64,000 nucleotides of DNA, taken from NCBI GenBank assembly GCA_963827685.1, contig CAWHBU010000003.1, positions 896,001-960,000 on the forward strand, read 5' to 3'. A program made the position numbers and the translations under genes. Positions 60,474-64,000 of this stretch are shown piece by piece. This DNA is from an uncultured delta proteobacterium (GTDB lineage: Bacteria > Desulfobacterota > BSN033 > UBA1163). Below the pieces are notes generated by a model that made no database searches, had not been told where the DNA came from, and was given only the letters and a program-made list of their open reading frames with translations. The first letter of the stretch is position 1, and each line of letters opens with the position of its first letter.

Positions 60474-61364
60474 ATGAATAATAGAATGAAGCCAAGGAGC
60501 ACATATTTTGAAACAGCATTATTGTCGCTGCTTCTAATATTTCTCTGTGCGTGTACCAAATCACCAGAACCCGCGGATCGCGTTCATGGCAACCTTGGCA
60601 CGAAGTATTGGGAGCAGGGTAAACTTGAACTGGCGGAAATCGAAATGAAAAAAGCCATTGAGCTAAACCCTAATTCTTCGGCCTGGCACCAAAATCTCGG
60701 CGTGATTTATAAATCAATGGGTCGCGAAGACGAAGCCATCAATGAATTTGAAACTGCGCTAAGAATCAATCGTAATTGGGGCACCGCACCGAAGGTGCCC
60801 GTATTAATTGAAATAGGGTATTACCACTATTCCAAGAGAAACTATGGGCGCTCCATCAAAGCCTATGAGGCTGCCTTGAACGAAACAAAGGAAGCCACTA
60901 ACCCCGAGACGCTCAACAGAATATATTCATATCTCTCTTACATCTACACCGATGGGTCACCCGAAACGAACCAATTCTATGATTTAGAAAAGGCATCCTA
61001 CTATAAAACAAAAGCTTATGAGTTGGCCCCCGATGACCTATTTGTTAAGGCGTCATTAACGAAACTCTTAATCCTGCAGGAGAAGCACGAAGAGGCTGAG
61101 ACTAGTCTTAAAGAGATTGAAAAGAAGTTGAGAGTTTCACCTGATCCAAATGGAGCCGTATTTGCATACTTGGGTCACATTTATTCCCTCCTCAACAGGG
61201 CAGACGACTGCGCAAGGGTTATGCGGCAGGCAATCAAGTTACAGCCGAGCCAAGCAAAGTATTTACTGAATGAATTGGATCGTGACTTCAAAAACGTTGC
61301 AGCCTCTCCCGCGATGAAGCAGGTTATTGAAGAAGCGCGCTCCACAATAAAGAAAGGTGGCTAA
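60474..61364 (+). CDS. TPR-containing lipoprotein carried as an integron-type gene cassette
   Basis: Lipobox-like LCAC, TPRs (HGNLG, HQNLG); stop codon lies inside the attC R'' box. Confidence 0.8.
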   Translation: MNNRMKPRSTYFETALLSLLLIFLCACTKSPEPADRVHGNLGTKYWEQGKLELAEIEMKKAIELNPNSSAWHQNLGVIYKSMGREDEAINEFETALRINRNWGTAPKVPVLIEIGYYHYSKRNYGRSIKAYEAALNETKEATNPETLNRIYSYLSYIYTDGSPETNQFYDLEKASYYKTKAYELAPDDLFVKASLTKLLILQEKHEEAETSLKEIEKKLRVSPDPNGAVFAYLGHIYSLLNRADDCARVMRQAIKLQPSQAKYLLNELDRDFKNVAASPAMKQVIEEARSTIKKGG

Positions 61365-61445
61365 CCACCGCATCAACCTGACGCGGATTAGCCGTCAGGT
61401 TTTAGCATTGGTGGTCGCCCGCGCAGGTTATGCAAATCGTTGAAT
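61359..61445 (+). other. Integron attC recombination site
   Basis: GGCTAAC (R''), GCAT[C]AACCTG[A]CGCGG / CCGCGCAGGTTATGC arms with two extrahelical bases, GTTGAAT (R'). Confidence 0.8.
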
Positions 61446-61476
61446 TGGAGATAGACAGGTGAAATGTCTGACAGCA

Positions 61477-62088
61477 CTAATTGAAGATCCAGAGTTTTCG
61501 GAGGCGCTCAAAGCGTTTAAGGAAAGCAAGCTCTTCAGAGGTCAACAAGGCAGGAGCGATTCTCTTTTTCAATTTCAGCAATCCCCCAAAATCCACCCGC
61601 CTGATCAGAGGAAAAAGATAACGCCGGAAGAATCCTCTTTCCTTAAAAGCGAAACTGCTGTTGAAGTCAATGAGATAAGGGTCCCCTTTTTCTGAAACAA
61701 GGATGTTCCCCTTATGCCTTAAATCCATGTGGACTACTCCTCTTTCATGAACATCTCCAAGGATTCTTTCTAATTCATGGAAAAAAGAAGGCGGTAGTGA
61801 GTCTCCTCTCAGGATGGGCTTCCCCGGGACGTACTCCATGGTAAAGGCAAAACGGTCAATCCGCTCGATGGACTGCGGAACGCCCTTGATCCCGACAAGA
61901 CGGGAATAGATCTTCCATTCTTTATGGATCAACCAAAGTCCTAGTGTCCATCGCAGAAAAAAAGTTTTTCTCCGGACATCCTTTACCATCAGCGATCGAC
62001 CCGCCACCTCTACCTGATTCAAGTCAGGCTTCCCACACCTCCCCTTGACACAGAAGACGATTCCGCGTTCAAAATCTTCTCGCTTCAC
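61477..62088 (-). CDS. Kinase-like protein (Kdo/WaaP/RIO-like fold)
   Basis: VKD, HMDLRHKGNIL, IDF. Confidence 0.75.
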   Translation of the reverse strand: MKREDFERGIVFCVKGRCGKPDLNQVEVAGRSLMVKDVRRKTFFLRWTLGLWLIHKEWKIYSRLVGIKGVPQSIERIDRFAFTMEYVPGKPILRGDSLPPSFFHELERILGDVHERGVVHMDLRHKGNILVSEKGDPYLIDFNSSFAFKERGFFRRYLFPLIRRVDFGGLLKLKKRIAPALLTSEELAFLKRFERLRKLWIFN

Positions 62089-62098
62089 TTCTTATCCT

Positions 62099-62656
62099 TT
62101 AGAAGAAGAGACTCCAATAGGGACGGCTTAGGATCAGCAGGATTCCGGCAAGGACGATCAGGAGAATCCCCTCCTCGCTGTTTTCGATAAAGCATTTGAA
62201 TTGCCAGGAGATCTTTTCATTCGAATAGGGAGTCCATCGGGGAAGATATTCTGGAACCTTCTCATCATAATCCTCAAATCGACTTCCAAAAATCCTCCTC
62301 AACCGATCTCCTTCTACCTTTTTCTTATAGGGAATGTAATGAAAGCAAAACATAAAGAAGGCCGCTGCCAGAAAATAAATATTGTCCGCCAGGATACAAA
62401 AGCCAGCGGTAATCAAAATCGAACCGATGTAAAGGGGATTCTTGACATAAGCATAAGGGCCTGTCACCGTCAGAACCTCGTTCTTTTGAAGATGCCCTGC
62501 TGCCCAGATACGAATGCCTTCCCCTAAAAAGATCAAAATTATCCCAATCAAGATCCCGGGGAACTCGGGTTTCGCAACGATCACCAATAAGAAAGCTCCG
62601 ATAAAAAGTGGAATCCTTCGGACCTTCCTCTGCCGAGACGTCCTCTTGTTGTCCAT
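62099..62656 (-). CDS. Isoprenylcysteine carboxylmethyltransferase family membrane methyltransferase
   Basis: LTVTGPYAYVKNPLY, FG..FEDY...VP. Confidence 0.85.
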   Translation of the reverse strand: MDNKRTSRQRKVRRIPLFIGAFLLVIVAKPEFPGILIGIILIFLGEGIRIWAAGHLQKNEVLTVTGPYAYVKNPLYIGSILITAGFCILADNIYFLAAAFFMFCFHYIPYKKKVEGDRLRRIFGSRFEDYDEKVPEYLPRWTPYSNEKISWQFKCFIENSEEGILLIVLAGILLILSRPYWSLFF

Positions 62657-62696
62657 AACATCCTCTCTTCTTTATTAGGCCCGATGGGGAGAAACC

Positions 62697-64000
62697 TCAT
62701 CGGTTGGAAATCACGACAAAATCATCTCCTCCCACTCCGCGTCGAACAATCAACTGGACCTCTGGCCTACCTTCCATAAGCTGAAATTTTGAAAAATCTC
62801 TGGATTTAAGCAGACAGAAAACTCTTTCCGGAGATCTTAAAAAATTCAAAAAGTCCTCTTCCTCGTTAAACACCGGGATGGGAACGATTCCTGTATAAAA
62901 ATTAAAAGGACCCGGTTCAAAATCTCCATAGATGGCTAATTTCTCCCCAGGTTGAATCCGTGAAGTAATCTCCTGACAAATAAACCGGGCTGACTTGTAA
63001 GGGTTCACAAGGGGAAACACCACCCTCAATGTATAGAAGAACCCTCCGGCCATCATCCCAACGATGACGAGAAAAATGATTCCGTGATGTTTGAAGCGAT
63101 ACAAAACAAACAGGGAAAGGCTTCCCCCAACCAAAAGAAAGGTTACGGGAAGGCTATAGGGAAAATAGGCTGGAAACCTTGCCGAAACCACCCCTGGAGC
63201 CGCAACACCCCCCACGAAGGTCAATGCTATTAACCCATAGAGTGGAATAGAAATCCACTCACGCCTGAAACCCTCCATCGATGTAAAAATCACATCCTGC
63301 CAAAACTTCCCCACCATCAGGGAGGCGGCTGGATAGAGAGGCAAAAGGTAAAGGCCCCTTTTCCCTTTCGAAATCGAAAAAAACAAAAAGATGACAGCAA
63401 ACCACATCAAGAGAAAAAGAAACTCCCTCCTTTTTCCAATCACCTCCCTCGAAAAGCCATAAACAAACGCGCCGGGCAGAAAGATGAACCAAGGTAGAAA
63501 TTCAAGGGGAAAGTGGTAGAGATAGTAATAAAAGGGGCGGACATGGGTCCACCCTTTCGCATAAGCATCCACGGTGTGCTTGAAGAGGGTTTCTCGAAGA
63601 TAGACATTCCCTCCCCTGGTTACAGCAGGAAGATACCAAGCGAGAACAACAATCATAAAGAGAAGCATTCCCAGGAGAAGTTTCATCCTCCAGATTCCTC
63701 TCCAGTCCTTTTGGATAATCAAATAGATTAAACTGACTAAAAGAGGGAGGATGAAACCGACCGGTCCCTTGGTTAGAGTACCTAATGCCATACTTATGTA
63801 AAAGCCATAAATGGATAGACCTTTTAGGCTCCTCGGACGAACCCCTTCCTCCCGACCATACCGATACCATTGGAGAAAACAGAATAACGATGCCGTGGTA
63901 AAGAAAGTGAGCGTCACATCGATATTGCCCCGCGTAGAAAGATAGGCAAATTCAAAAACCGTCGCCAGAACGAGTCCCGAGAGAAACCCCGTGCGCGAGG
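62697..64000 (-). CDS. ArnT-like membrane glycosyltransferase, 5' end beyond the window
   Basis: LTKGPVG, HVRPFYYY, KGKRGLYLLP; frame open to the window edge. Confidence 0.85.
   Translation of the reverse strand, partial: SRTGFLSGLVLATVFEFAYLSTRGNIDVTLTFFTTASLFCFLQWYRYGREEGVRPRSLKGLSIYGFYISMALGTLTKGPVGFILPLLVSLIYLIIQKDWRGIWRMKLLLGMLLFMIVVLAWYLPAVTRGGNVYLRETLFKHTVDAYAKGWTHVRPFYYYLYHFPLEFLPWFIFLPGAFVYGFSREVIGKRREFLFLLMWFAVIFLFFSISKGKRGLYLLPLYPAASLMVGKFWQDVIFTSMEGFRREWISIPLYGLIALTFVGGVAAPGVVSARFPAYFPYSLPVTFLLVGGSLSLFVLYRFKHHGIIFLVIVGMMAGGFFYTLRVVFPLVNPYKSARFICQEITSRIQPGEKLAIYGDFEPGPFNFYTGIVPIPVFNEEEDFLNFLRSPERVFCLLKSRDFSKFQLMEGRPEVQLIVRRGVGGDDFVVISNR

Overview
Chromosomal window from what looks like an anaerobic Desulfobacterota (deltaproteobacterial) genome; the taxon is inferred from gene content. 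Housekeeping and metabolic blocks include acyl-CoA metabolism, ruvX-mltG, a thiolase/DUF35 pair, a four-subunit 2-oxoacid:ferredoxin oxidoreductase with abfD, iorAB-like genes, an arn lipid A modification cluster, tungsten AOR, dacA-ybbR and phoH-HDIG-ybeY. They surround a scar-rich accessory zone (about 9.4-37.8 kb). The strongest signal is a pair of divergent IS110-family elements (15766-17172 minus; 19557-20994 plus). Their non-coding left ends share a two-loop structured RNA of the bridge-RNA type. The donor-loop guides are conserved and match the element ends, while the target-loop guides differ and each matches that element's own insertion site around a CT core. An unoccupied predicted target for element 2 lies at about 11014-11023. 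Other non-annotated signals are a solitary integron attC with an attI-like left boundary around a TPR lipoprotein gene, tRNA-Thr/pheT/groEL 3'-fragments that look like integration scars, a sigma54-driven 35-43 aa basic mini-protein missing from the ORF track, several MITEs nested in REP-like palindromes, and two slippage frameshifts. All calls come from reading the sequence by eye; no searches were run.
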